From Octopus bimaculoides (lineage: Eukaryota): a stretch of DNA of 33,590 nucleotides. The stretch lies in NCBI RefSeq assembly GCF_001194135.2, contig NC_068985.1, positions 65,597,460 through 65,631,049 of the forward strand. Reading direction: 5' to 3'. Positions 19,630 through 32,177 of this stretch are shown here, one piece after another. Below the pieces are notes generated by a model, which saw nothing but the letters and a program-made list of their open reading frames with translations, ran no database searches and was not told the origin of the DNA. The stretch's first letter is position 1. Each line of letters starts with the position of its first letter. The translations under genes were made by a program, and so were the position numbers.

Positions 19630-22250
19630 CTAAAGTAACAAAAACCAAAGTCACTCACTTTCTATCACCCTCCCAGAAATGGATTACTCCTAGAAAGAAA
19701 ACTAAAAGTTACGACTTCTCACACGAACATTCAAAACAATTTTTATCACACAATAGGTTCCATATTTTAAGTGAATGATTCAAGCAAAACCCAAAAGGTA
19801 GTCAGGAATCTAATGAAAGTAAGATTGTGAAAAACACTTACTCAAGAAAATCCATCTCATCAGAGAATAAGTTGGTCAAAAATCTAAACTAAGACTATCA
19901 CTGGACAATATCTCTGTCTTAGAGTGTAGACTGAGTTTCTGCCCACTAAGAATTTTGACAAAAATAAACTAGTTCCAGGGTTATTTCAGTTTGTCTACCA
20001 TCACAATCTGAAGGGATATGTTTTTGCAAAAAATGATAATGAGGAGTCAGAAAACCCCATGCTTACTGAAAATAAAAATGATGATGATCAAATCTGGTAT
20101 AATTGGGTTGAAAAAAATCCAAGCTGGTGTCCAGATAAAGTTCGGGATGGATATTCACAAGCATTATTGGAACTTCTTGAATTTTGCCAGACAGGCATTA
20201 GGGAAAGCCTTAAAACAAATAGAAAGAAGTTCTGGAATGATCTCAAAAATTCCCAGCATAACACTCTGTTGTCAAGGTAATAATGATTCTATTGTTATTG
20301 AAATGGCAGATAAGGGAGGCGCTATTGTAATTATGGACAAGAGTGAGTATATTTCAGCTTGTGAAGAAGTTTTGACAAAACTTCATATGAAGAATTACCT
20401 GTCAATCCAAACCTCAATTATAGAGAGGAACTTGACAAAATAATTTTGGATGGAGGAAAACAATTTCATAAATAAAACTGAATTCAGGATTTTACAGTCA
20501 GCAAAAAGAACACCTGTATTTTATGGTTTACCCTAAATACATCAACAGTTTGAAAAATGTCTTCCAATGTGTCCAATTTGCAGCAATGTTGTACAACTAA
20601 AATTTTGGAGTAGTTGGATGGCTTTCTACTCCCTGTCGCAAAAAGTCAAAGTTCTTATATTCAGGATACTTTTGATTTTGTGTCTAAAATCAACAACTTT
20701 TCTAAGCACTGAAGCAATGTTGAAAACTGATTTTTGGTAACCATAGATGTTTCTTCCTTACATCCCCATATTGACCACGATGAAGGGGTGGAAGCATGCA
20801 TGAATACCTTTGAAAAACAGTCAAACAAAACTATTCCATTTAATTCTCTCTGTAGATTATTGAGGTTTGTGTTACAAAGTAACACAATAAAGTTTGAACA
20901 AAAATTTTACCACTAGATGAGGGGTACCCCCATGACAATTAATTTTGGTAATGCCTTCACGACCAAATTTGAGACACAGTTACTGAAAGCAGTCAATTCC
21001 CTACATAGTCATGAACCAATACTCTGGTTACAGTTCACTGATGACGTCTTTTACATCTGGGAAGTATCACAAGATAGTTTAATTGACTTCTTGCATTTCT
21101 GCGATTGTTATGCTAAAAACTATGCATAAAATTTATGTCTAGTTTTTCAAAAACTAGCATTGAGTTTTTGGACACAAAAGTTAGGTTTTCTGGAGGCAGA
21201 ATAGTGACAGAGTTATTTTGCAAGTCCAAGTTGTCCCACATTTACCTCCATTGCCACTCCGATCATCCACATCATATAATTTGGTGAAATCCAAAATCCA
21301 AAAGTTTGATGATTAGATTTGTACTGATATAGGGGATTACTGGAAACATAAAAATGCTTTTGTACACCATGTGGTTATAGTGAATCACAATTAAAGGAAA
21401 TTGCTAATGACATAGCTAAGATTAGCAGGGAAAGTCAAACTTTCATGCATAATTTTAGCAAACAAAGTAAAATATATGGTAGAATTCCTTTAGTGACAAA
21501 CTGGCTCCGAAATTTCATTGGCATTTCAAAAGTATTACGTGAAAGTTACCAGCATGTTGCAGAAAAATATCCTTGTTTCAAAATATTCCCTCAGCTGCAT
21601 ATTGTAGCCTTTAGTTGGAATAAAAATACAAGAGAACTATTAACCTCTACTTCAGACTCCAAGAAAACTAACATTGGAGTTTCTGAACACTGTACCTTGA
21701 AAAATAGCTGCAAGAGAGGTAAGCTCTGTTCATTGTGCAAGTACATGGGTCAAGTCAATTCCACCAGGAATCATAACAAAAATGTTATGACTTATGCAGA
21801 AGGTGGTACATGTAGAGATTCCCATTTGGTGTACACAGCAGAATGCACCAAACACAACTTGATTTGCGTTGGTTGTACAGCAGAACAATTAAACGAAAGA
21901 TTCAATTGGCACAGGCATGACATCAAGCACAATAACGGTAGTTCAACAGAACTTGCTGAACATTTTACATCAAATGGCTTTAGTTTTGAAAAAGACTTGA
22001 AAGTGCATATTCTTAGAAAATATTCTGAATCTACTACACTTTCAGTCCTCAAAATGTATGAAGAGAAATATGTTTGTGAGTTATCAACATCATGCCCTGA
22101 AAGAATGAACAGAATGACAAGGGAATTTCATCATATTTACACAAAACTGTTTGATTAAATATTCTTCTTTTGCCAGTTGTAAAATTTTAAATTGAAGACT
22201 GATGATGTCATTCCATCAAAGTAGAAACGCAGGATCTCCTCATTCAAACT
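19629..22250 (+). mobile_element. PLE lineage B, near full length, decayed (RT, Cys linker, GIY-YIG; Neptune-like architecture)
   Basis: KLVKNL..FLPTKNFDKNKL, ADKGGAIVIMDKSEY, TPVFYGLP, LVTIDVSSLHPHI, RGTPM, LQFTDDVFYIW. ORF 21445-22158 has CKRGKLCSLC and LVYTAECTKHNLICVGCT..LNERFNWHRHDI. Confidence 0.9.
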
Positions 22251-22394
22251 TTTGAATTTGAATTTTTATTAATTTGAATTTTTATGTATTATTTTTCCTT
22301 TTGAACTCAACAAAGACAGTCAAGCTGTCAAAATATCATTCAAGCCAATGAAATATCTATTGCAATTGCATCATGCTCTTCATATTGTCTAATA

Positions 22395-22633
22395 ATGATT
22401 AATAATCATAATAATTATTCTTTCTGCTATAAGCATAGGGCCAGCAAGTTTGGGGGAGGGGGAGAGTCGATTACATCAACCTCAGTGTTCAACTGGTACT
22501 TATTTTATTGGTTCTGAAAGGATGAAAGGCAAAGCCAACCTCAGCAGAATTTGAACTCAGAATGTAAAGATGGATAAAGTCTCACTAAGCTTTTTGTTTG
22601 GCATACTAACAATTCTGGCTGCTTGCCACCTAA
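22395..22633 (-). mobile_element. tRNA-derived SINE
   Basis: Minus-strand head GGTGGCAAGCAGCCAGAATTGTTAG, B-box-like GAGTTCAAATTC, (ATT)n tail. Confidence 0.8.
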
Positions 22634-22635
22634 AG

Positions 22636-22884
22636 TAATAATAATAATAATAATGATGATGATGATGATAATGATTTCAAATTTTGGCACATTGCTAGCA
22701 ATTTGATGGAGGAAGGGTTAAGTTGATTATATTGACCCGTGTTCAACTGGTACTTACTTTATCAACCCTGAAAAGATGAAAGGTAAGTTAACCTTGGCAG
22801 AATTTGAACTCGGGATATAAAACCATGAAATGCCACTGAACATTTTGTCCAGCATACTAACGATTCTACCAGCTGCTGCCTTAG
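22636..22884 (-). mobile_element. Second tandem copy of the same SINE
   Basis: Same layout: GGCAGCAGCTGGTAGAATCGTTAG head, GAGTTCAAATTC, (ATC)n(ATT)n tail. Confidence 0.8.
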
Positions 22885-22886
22885 TA

Positions 22887-25122
22887 CTGGGGTTTTCCAA
22901 AAATTCACCCAGGGCTGTTAAACAGAAAATTCTATTTTATAAAACTATTTTTCGGCTTAAATAATTGCCCACCTATAATAAGCACTCATGGCAGTAATAT
23001 GGAAGTAAAATATTTCACCTAGGAAAAACAAAAATATTCTCAAAAACCATATTCATTTTATACAATTCCATTGAACTTCTATCGTTTCAGTTATCAGATA
23101 TATAGACATAAAGAAACTGAAACAGCCTTAAAAGAATTAGCATAAAAAAAAAATATTCTGAAGTTAACATTGGATCTATTAGGAAATATTGAAAATTAAA
23201 CTGTTGAAAACATGAATAGAAGTCTTGCATGAACAAATAATGTCCTTAGACATTTATGGTAGAATAATAACCGAATAGTTTCAAGTTAAATATCATGAAT
23301 TTCTTCATTTGTTGCTTGGCCATAATTCACATCAGAGCTAATTTCACTTACTTGTATCTCATCTTCTTTAATTTTGTCATTATGTGTATCTGGCACATTT
23401 ACTTCAAGGCTAGACAAAACATCCTGTAAGCATGAGTTTAAGCGGCTATGTTCTACAGTCTGTTCACGAGGTGCAATTCCACAACATTCAAAAGCACGCT
23501 ATATAGTTTCTTTATTTAAAGTGGCAACAGTTTGGGTCACAAAGTTCACTATCTCTTGATAAGAAGATTTTTTGTGATATCCTTTATTTGTATACTCCTT
23601 TTTGCCATTTGAAAACCAATTCTCCCATTCAGCACGAAGGGCTTTCTTGAAAGGACCAATAATTGATACATCTAACAGCTGTAAGTAAGATGTTTTAGGA
23701 GGTATAAGTTTGAGAATTGTATTCCTACATTTGAACACTTCTAGGAGCTCTGTTTTCTTGTGCACGGAGCATTCATCCATGAATAGCACTGAATTTTGAG
23801 CATGGAATAATTGTGCTGTTCTCTGCCCAAACACTTTGTCAGCCTACGGCTGCATGAGTTCATATGTGATTGATCCCCTGTTGGAGATTGTTAAGTAAAT
23901 ATTCTTTGGGACCTTGATTTTAGACACGTTTTTCAATCCTTTAAGGATAATCATTGTTTTCAACACCTTTCCTGCAGCATTAACACTCAACACAGCAGTA
24001 AAACGAGCTTTGGTTACACCACAGTGGCTAACATCTACATTTTTATTGCCAACAAAGTCTATGGTTGTTGAACTCAACATGTCAACGTATACAGGTGTTT
24101 CATCCATATTATAAATCTGGTCAGCATCCTTATCTGCTGTTAATACTGGAATGATATCTAGATAGTCACTGGCAATTTGTGCCTTTTCACTAAGTGTTTT
24201 ATTGTCTGCTTGACCAACATGTGTAATCTTTCTCACAGTCAGTTAATTCCATTTCATGAAATTGAAAATCCATTTATCAGAACATCTAAAGCTGTTCATT
24301 TCAATTCCAAACCTTTTTACCAATTCAAAAGGATATTCCCGTAAACGGCGATAATTTACAATTATATTGTTTGCACGCTGAACAACAATCCACTGTAAGA
24401 GTTCAATCTCTAGATCTCTATGTGCTGGTCCTCTACCTCCACCAATTGATCTGCGCCTCCTCTTGTCTGACATATTGATTAACTCAGTTTCTTTTATGCA
24501 CCATTCTCTCAATTGTTTTCTATCAATACTAAGTCTCTTGATGCAGCAGATAAATTGCCAGAATGTTCTTTTACTTGTTTAATAGCACTCAATTTTTCAC
24601 TAATGGTATATGATCATTGAACACATTTTGATATATTTTCTTTCGACTCCATTATTGGGAATAAAAATCCTTTGTATTTATCTTGGGACGTATTTACTCC
24701 ACCAAAACTTACTGTACAGTAATGTAGTGAAGCTTGCAACGAGATAATTACTAATGACACACGTAAGGAACATTAATAGCAATACAGTGATTATTCCCAG
24801 GATATCAGCGTTCAATAAGAACTTGTGTTACAAATTGAGATATTCCAGGTAAATCAGATCACATAGCAATGACGACAAATATAATCAGATCAGACAAGTG
24901 GCATGGTGCAGCTGACAAACTATCAGATAGCGGTAATCAATCAAAGGGTGTTACATTACTCCTCCAACGAAATAAGGCTAGTGCCAAACAGCAAATGAAC
25001 GTCTAAACAGAATGCAAACAAGAACACTAACTCTGTTTCAACTTTTAACTACAAATAACCACCCATCCAAATAAATGCCGATAGGCGATCTAAAGGATGG
25101 ACGGATTTTCAGAAAACCCCAG
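22887..25122 (-). mobile_element. Full-length pogo/Tigger-type (Tc1-mariner superfamily) DNA transposon with decayed transposase at about 23286-24652
   Basis: 24-bp TIRs CTGGGGTTTTC(C/T)(A/G)AAAAT.. flanked by TA TSDs (22885-22886, 25123-25124). HTH/CENP-B-like N-terminus; DDD triad motifs NMDET, FMDEC, LDVSIIGPFK. Confidence 0.92.
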
Positions 25123-25319
25123 TAGTAATAATAATATTGATTTCTTTATTAACCACAAAGGGATTACATTACAGAAATATTGAAGACAGCACTGGATGAG
25201 AGCACGTTTGTACTTCTGTGCATGTATGTTGGTGTGTAAGTTTCATGTGTGAAAAGGTTTAACAATAAAAAAAAAACAGGTTATGGTGAAATTTTAATGA
25301 GAATTTCTTAATAGGGAGC

Positions 25320-26170
25320 CAATGTTTGAGGTATGGTCATGGAAAAATCCTATAAAAAGATAGGTGCCCTGGCTTCTGTAGCAAGTGCCTTCTCTGTTTC
25401 TTTCTCTTCAAATTACAGGTGTAAACTCAGGGCAGGCACATTCATTTGGACCATGCTTGCCACTCTCATCCTCTTTTCAACAAAATGGCTGAAAGGCAAG
25501 ATTCCCCCTCTCCACCTTTATTTTCTTCTTCAAGTGTAACTTGACAAAGTTGATAGGTGTTGGGCCAAAGGGGGACATGTTTGTCTTCAGCCTCTTCAAT
25601 CACATCAACGAAGCATATAAAACTGTCTGCTCTTCCTGGTTAAACGAAGGCAGTGGAGCAATCTTCATGATGGATTCAGTAGATAGCCAGATCCACTCCT
25701 TGTGACAGCAGGTGTTTGACATAAATCCACAGGTCAGGAATGCTTGGGCCTTGGACAAGCATATGCAGATTGATTTCGTCACCCTGTGCACATCTTGGAC
25801 ATGCTCTGCTGATGGTACATCCATGCCTGTAGAGTTTATCTCAAACTAGCAATGCTCCCTGATAGCACTGCCAGACCAGGAATTTCTGGATGTTACCTAT
25901 TGACTCTGGGCCAAAAGTTCTCTAGAAGAGAGTGGCTAGTCTCCCCAAGAATGTCATTGCTTTTACCTATCATTAGTGGATTTTCTATCTATCACAATAC
26001 TTGGCTGGCTGAGAGGGCTGACAGTGTTTGAAGACGTTCAACTTTCTAAGTGCACTCCCTTGGTCTTTGCTTGACCCAGGGCTGTAGCTCTGCCAAGGAG
26101 ACAAGCTAGGGAAACATGTCTAGCAAAACTGGTTCACTGTTGAAGTAAGAGAATTTACAAAAGACAGGTA
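25320..26170 (+). mobile_element. Probable DIRS-type tyrosine recombinase remnant, heavily decayed
   Basis: Fragments across frames resemble YR motifs: YKTV..LLFLVKRRQWSNLH (KTxFLLALASxRRxSELH-like), CRVYLK (LRxYLxRT-like) and VHSL. Identification is weak and by eye. Confidence 0.45.
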
Positions 26171-26176
26171 TGACCT

Positions 26177-26327
26177 TATGATAGGTTTTATTTAACATTC
26201 AATACCGAATACTTCACAGTATGATCTACAATAAAAGCAGACAAGATGGCAAGAGTTAATCATGAGCAATGAAACACCTAATGAGGACAAACTTTAGATA
26301 CAAACACAAATCATGCTATTTATGACA
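26177..26327 (-). repeat. 3' LTR (151 bp)
   Basis: Direct repeat of 30504-30654 with 8 differences counted by eye; begins TGTCAT on the minus strand. Confidence 0.92.
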
Positions 26328-28025
26328 TTCACCCCTCCTATGAGGAAGAGAATGGATCACATATAAAAAGAAGAAACATTTTATAACACGTGTTTGTTTA
26401 AACAGTTTTGTTGTTTGTTCAGGGGTGTTAAGGTTTCTCAACCTTCAGAATAATGGGACTATTTAGGGTCTAGGCTTCTCTATTACGCAAGTTGTAAGGT
26501 CTGGTTCTAATAAAGGAAGTGCAGTGACGGTGAATAAGTGGAATGATTAGAGTTAATATTGGAATTAGGAGATTTATTTTGGTTAGTATTATAGTCAACA
26601 GAAGACAGCTCCCTCCACAAGAGTAGAATGTTCATATTGTTCACAAGTGTTAGCAAGCCTTGCTTGAGGGGTACTCATGCCTTTCAGCAGGTGCAGCTGG
26701 TCCAGGGGTTGTGAGATAGGAGCTGGCTCTTGAATGCAAAGGTCTGCTGCGTCCTTTCCTTTAGGTGGAGCCAGCTGACTTAGAGACACTGTAGTTTACT
26801 TTCCATCCTGCAGTTTAACATGAGCATAGAGTGGATTGCAGTTCAGTAACTCCACTTCATCCACCAGCAGTTCATATTTGGAAGTTCTCACATTTTGTCT
26901 CATCAGAACAGGACTCGGTGATAAAAGCCAACTGGGAAGAGTTGTACTAGTTGTAGATTTATGGTTATATTGGAAAAGTCTTTCATGAGGCGTTTCATTG
27001 GTTGCTGTACACTGGAGAGACCTGACTGCATGGAGGGAATCTTGCAGAACCAGTTCCCACTGAGTGATTGCCAATCCTTTTGTCTTCAGAGCCAGTATCA
27101 CAGTTTTCCATAGAGTTCCATTGAGGCATTCAACCTGATCATTTCATCTGGGGTTAAATGCCATAGTTCTACTCGTAGTAATTCCCTTACTACGTAAAAC
27201 ATGAAACTTGTCCTCCTTTCGGAATGAACATAGGAGGGCATGCCAAAGAGGGAGAAAAGTTTACAAAAACATTTTTGATAATTGAAGCCCTCTTCAGGAC
27301 AAGGGAAGGCAAAAGGGAAGTGCAAATATTCATCAATGGCAGTAAGAAGATTCTTGTTGAGGGAATTAGAAGGCAAAGGTCTTTTAAAGTCAACACTGAG
27401 TCTCTCAAAAGGTTGTGTTGCTTTAATCAAATGAGAGTCAGAATGTTGGTAGGAAAAAGATTTGAGTTCACAGCAGACGTTACAATTTGCAGTCATTTGC
27501 ATCACTTCTTCGATGGAGAAGAGTAAGTTTTTAGATTTTAGAAAGTGAAACATTCTAGAGATTCCTGAATGACAAAGAGAGGAATAGATTTCTTTAAGTC
27601 TGTCAGAACTCCCCAAGGTGGAAGCAAAACAGAAAGCACGAGATAGCGCACCAGATGTGAGATTTTCAGTTCCAGGCCTGTAGACAACATCATAACTGTA
27701 GGAAGACAGTTCAATACGCCAGTGCTGTATTTTATCATTCTTGATTTTGCTTGTCAAATATAAAAGTAATACATTTTTGGTCTGTGATTAATTTTTCAAC
27801 TGATAAGCAATTCCTTTCATTTGGACTCAGTGATCTTGAGAAAGAGGCAATGGGTTGTCTACATTGATTAAGAGTTGTGGCAATAGCTGTGTCTGAGGCA
27901 TCCATCACAACCACTAGGCGCAGAGTCGGGTCAATAGTCACAACAATTGCTTTTGCGATTTCTGCTTTCAGATACTTAAAGGCATTTTTCACTTTTACTG
28001 GTAAGGGAAATATTTTATTTATTAT

Positions 28026-28520
28026 ATTGAAATTGTGATTGAACCAAATTCGATGACTGGCACCTGTGCCAGTGGAGTGCTAAGAGCACTGTCTGAGTGT
28101 GATCATTGCCAGAGCAGCTGTCTGGCTTCCGTGCCAGTGGTACGTAAATAGTACCATTTGAGCGTGATCGTTACCAGCATTGCCTTACTGGCACTTGTGC
28201 CGGTGGCACATGAAAAAACATTTGAGCGAGGTCGTTGCCATTGCCGCTGGGCTGGCTCCTGTGCAGGTGACACGTAGAAACATCATTTTGAGTGTGGCCA
28301 TTGCCAGTACCGCTTGATTGGCCTTCGTGCCAGTGGCACGTAAAAGCACCCACTACACTCTCGGAGTGGTTGGCATTAGGAAGGGCATCCAGCTGTTGAA
28401 ACTCTGCCAGATCAGATTGAAGCCTGGTGCAGCCATTTGGTTCACCAGTCCTCAGTCAAATCGTCCAACCCATGCTGGCATGGAAGGCGGATGTTAAACA
28501 ATGATGACGATGATGATGAT
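28026..28520 (+). mobile_element. RTE-type LINE/SINE 3' end inserted antisense into the Gypsy RT-RNase H junction; contains ~65-bp tandem repeats
   Basis: Units start at 28066, 28131, 28197, 28261 and 28327; same terminus as 9070-9745 with a (GAT)n tail. The Gypsy frame (DKIHPLI..NKIFPLP) resumes across it. Confidence 0.85.
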
Positions 28521-30503
28521 ATCAGGGGGTGAATTTTATCAGAAAAATGCAAAATCCATGATGAGTAGTAAGAGAACATGCCAATGACCCTTTTCAAGAT
28601 TTGGAGTCATGTGGGTCAGTAAGTTCTTTCAATGGTTGCAATCTCTCAGGATCAGGTTTGATGTCTCCTTTTGATACTTGAAACCCCAATTTCCTTTGCA
28701 TTGATAATGCTCTTCTTTTCATTGAAGGTTATGTTATACTTCTTAGCACAGTCAGGGAAGTGTATGATATTCTGGCCATAGTCTTCTTGATTCTCTCCAC
28801 AAATGGTAATATTATCCAAGTATGCAAAAGTATTCTTGATCTTCTCTTCTCTAATCATATTGTCCATGAGGCGTTGAAAACAGTCAACTCCATTGGTGAT
28901 CCCAAAAGGAATACGCTTAAAATGGTATAAGTTGCTCTGGCTTCAAAAGCTGTAAAATGTCCCTCTTTTTTCTTAATTGGTATCTGATGATAGGCGCTGT
29001 GGAAATCTAATGTACTGTACATTTCATACCTTGATATGCTCTCAACTATCTTGTCGGTTCTTGAGTGAAGCGGTTAATGGTCTTACTGTAATCAACTATG
29101 AGCCTTTTCTTGTGTCTTTCATTTATTGTTACCAAAAGCTGAGCTCCCCAGAGTGAGTTTGAAGGCTAAATTATGTCACCACATAACAGTTTTTGTATTT
29201 CAGAGTCAATTAACTGTTCGTCAGGCTTTGAAAAATGGCAAGACTTTGTTGCAATTGGTTTGCAATCTGGGGACAGGCTGCGAAATAAGGATGGTGCTTC
29301 AACTTTTGCTGCTGCTACTCCACACACAGAAAAAGTAGATTTTTCTCTTTTGAAAGAAATCTGAAGTCCTTCATGCTGGTCCAAGAAATCATGTCCCAGT
29401 ATAACATCTGAACACAGTCTGGGTAACAAGAAAAGTTTTACATTGTCATAATCTTGACCTTGGTACCAAAGTTGCACAAAACGTCTTTTTGTTACACTTG
29501 AAAGTTTCATGGAAGCCATGGAAATCTTTCTCTTTGAGGGATAAGTATTTAGTTACAGGGATTTGGCAAGATCAGAGCAGATGTAGCTCTCAGAACTTCT
29601 AGTGTCAACAAGAGCTTTGATAGAGGCATCATTGAAGGAAATATTGATGATCGCTTTAGACAGGCTAGTAGGTGTAGCTGCAGTAATAACTGTATTCAAC
29701 TGAGGATCCTTGGCAAATACAAATCCAGACCGCCTAGAATTAGGCTTAGATTGGCAAACCTTTAAGAAATGACCCTTTTTACTACATCTTTTGCAAGTGG
29801 CATACTGTGCAGGACATTTTGACCTAGGATGGCAAGAGTAACCACAAAAGAAACATTTCGAGGAGTTAACTGCTGCTGTCGTAGATGACGTATCTTTAGA
29901 TTCAGTATTTTTCGTCAAAGAGATACTACCACAAGGAGTATGGGTAAATTAAGTAAGGGATTACTTTTCAGCCATTTCAAGAGATTTAGCCAGGTCAAAA
30001 GCCCTTTGAAGGTCAAGGGTTTTATTTTCCAACAGTCTCTGTCTGATATGATGAATGCATCTTGAATGGCATCTTCATGATTCTTTTTTGCAGTAACAGC
30101 TTTAAAGTTGTATTCTTTGGAAAGTCCTTTAAGTTTTTGCAAAAACTGGTCCAAGGTTTGACCCAGATATTGTTTTGTAGTGTATCTTGGTTTAACATAC
30201 AAGTTTTCAATAGTTTCAATAGCAGTTTCATAATCAGGACATTCTGCAATATATTTGTACACTGATGGAGCCACAAAATTTGTCAGCAAGTGGAGTTTAT
30301 CAGGATTTTGATCTTCAATAGAGGATAAGAAATTGTTGAAAGTTTGGTGCCAGTGGTTCCAGTTCTTTTGCAGCATCAGGAGAATCAGGGTTAGCATCAA
30401 AGCATCCGGTCAAAGAAATCGCTCCATTTTGAATGTTAAATAAATTTCCTCCTGTACCCTATGGCACTTCAAGTCAGTTGACTGGTTGGAGCATCACCAG
30501 TTT

Positions 30504-30654
30504 TATGTCAGGTTTTATTTAACATTCAATATAGCATAGTTCACAGTATGATCTACAATAAAAGCAGACAAGATGGCAAGAGTTAATCATGAGCAATGAA
30601 ACATCTAATGAGGACAAACTTTAGATACAAACACAAATCATACTATTTATGACA
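30504..30654 (-). repeat. 5' LTR (151 bp)
   Basis: Direct repeat of 26177-26327, followed on the minus strand by the PBS-like TGGT. Confidence 0.92.
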
Positions 30655-31435
30655 ACCCTCAAGTAAGTGCTGGAGATGTCATGGCCTCAGTGCATGTTTA
30701 CACATCGCCAGCCATGGCCTGCCCAGTCCACCATGCTATGGATGTTGACAGAGATAGATTGCCTGACCATTGGAATGTGTCCCTTTCACAAGAACTGAAA
30801 GATTAAATGCTCTGGTACAGTAAGATGGGAACTGGGACAAAACACAATGCTCAGGTGATAGTAGTTGATGGACGCGATGTATACGTTTGCCATCTCTGCC
30901 TGAACCTTAAGGGATAATTTCCTCTCAATCCATTTCATGGTTCGTTATTAAATATATATTTACTAGTTGGTACTATGTGAATTAATGTTAACATTTATAT
31001 TGTATGTAGTTTATGCTAAAAAAAATTTTTCTGAAGTCATAGTCTATATTTATTTTAAATCGTTTCTTTGTAGAGAGAAAACTTTTATTCTCTCCCAACC
31101 CCCAATTCGAGTTTGAGCGGGAATATCCAAAGAGTACCTCTTTCTCTGTTCATTCGGATAAGCTCTAGAAATTGTTGCACGCGCGCACACACAAACACAA
31201 AAATTCTCCAGACATTTAGCTGTTATTTTTAGCATATCGAGTTTCGTGGTGAGGTCTTCACATGCCGTGTTCATTTAGCTGTTTCACTATAAATCTACGC
31301 ATGCGGAAACGGGCAAAACAGCCGTTCATTTTCACTGTTAGACAGTGAGATGGGGTGATCAATTTTGGAGATTTTCATAAAAAATTTGAAATGAAACTTT
31401 GTCCTCCCCCCGCATATCTTAATCTCCGTATCTTC

Positions 31436-32177
31436 NNNNNNNNNNNNNNNNNNNNNNNNNNNNNNNNNNNNNNNNNNNNNNNNNNNNNNNNNNNNNNNNN
31501 NNNNNNNNNNNNNNNNNNNNNNNNNNNNNNNNNNNNNNNNNNNNNNNNNNNNNNNNNNNNNNNNNNNNNNNNNNNNNNNNNNNNNNNNNNNNNNNNNNNN
31601 NNNNNNNNNNNNNNNNNNNNNNNNNNNNNNNNNNNNNNNNNNNNNNNNNNNNNNNNNNNNNNNNNNNNNNNNNNNNNNNNNNNNNNNNNNNNNNNNNNNN
31701 NNNNNNNNNNNNNNNNNNNNNNNNNNNNNNNNNNNNNNNNNNNNNNNNNNNNNNNNNNNNNNNNNNNNNNNNNNNNNNNNNNNNNNNNNNNNNNNNNNNN
31801 NNNNNNNNNNNNNNNNNNNNNNNNNNNNNNNNNNNNNNNNNNNNNNNNNNNNNNNNNNNNNNNNNNNNNNNNNNNNNNNNNNNNNNNNNNNNNNNNNNNN
31901 NNNNNNNNNNNNNNNNNNNNNNNNNNNNNNNNNNNNNNNNNNNNNNNNNNNNNNNNNNNNNNNNNNNNNNNNNNNNNNNNNNNNNNNNNNNNNNNNNNNN
32001 NNNNNNNNNNNNNNNNNNNNNNNNNNNNNNNNNNNNNNNNNNNNNNNNNNNNNNNNNNNNNNNNNNNNNNNNNNNNNNNNNNNNNNNNNNNNNNNNNNNN
32101 NNNNNNNNNNNNNNNNNNNNNNNNNNNNNNNNNNNNNNNNNNNNNNNNNNNNNNNNNNNNNNNNNNNNNNNNNNNNN
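31436..32177. other. Assembly gap (N run)
   Basis: Continuous n characters. Confidence 1.

Larger units (their letters stand above)
26177..30654 (-). mobile_element. Gypsy/Ty3 LTR retrotransposon, two LTRs, decayed gag-pol
   Basis: gag with CFFCGYSCHPRSKC..C..C..KGH..VC; protease LVDTRSSESYI; RT YHQIP..AYLDNITI; RNase H MDASDTAIA..SVEK; integrase HSGISR..C..C, SVDFK. PPT AGGAGGGGTGAA next to the left LTR; PBS-like TGGTGATGC next to the right LTR. Confidence 0.93.

Noticed and set aside
28066-28350. Regularly spaced palindromic repeats suggesting a CRISPR array
   Set aside because: Whole units are homologous (no unique spacers), the context is eukaryotic with no cas genes, and the repeats lie within an RTE 3' end.
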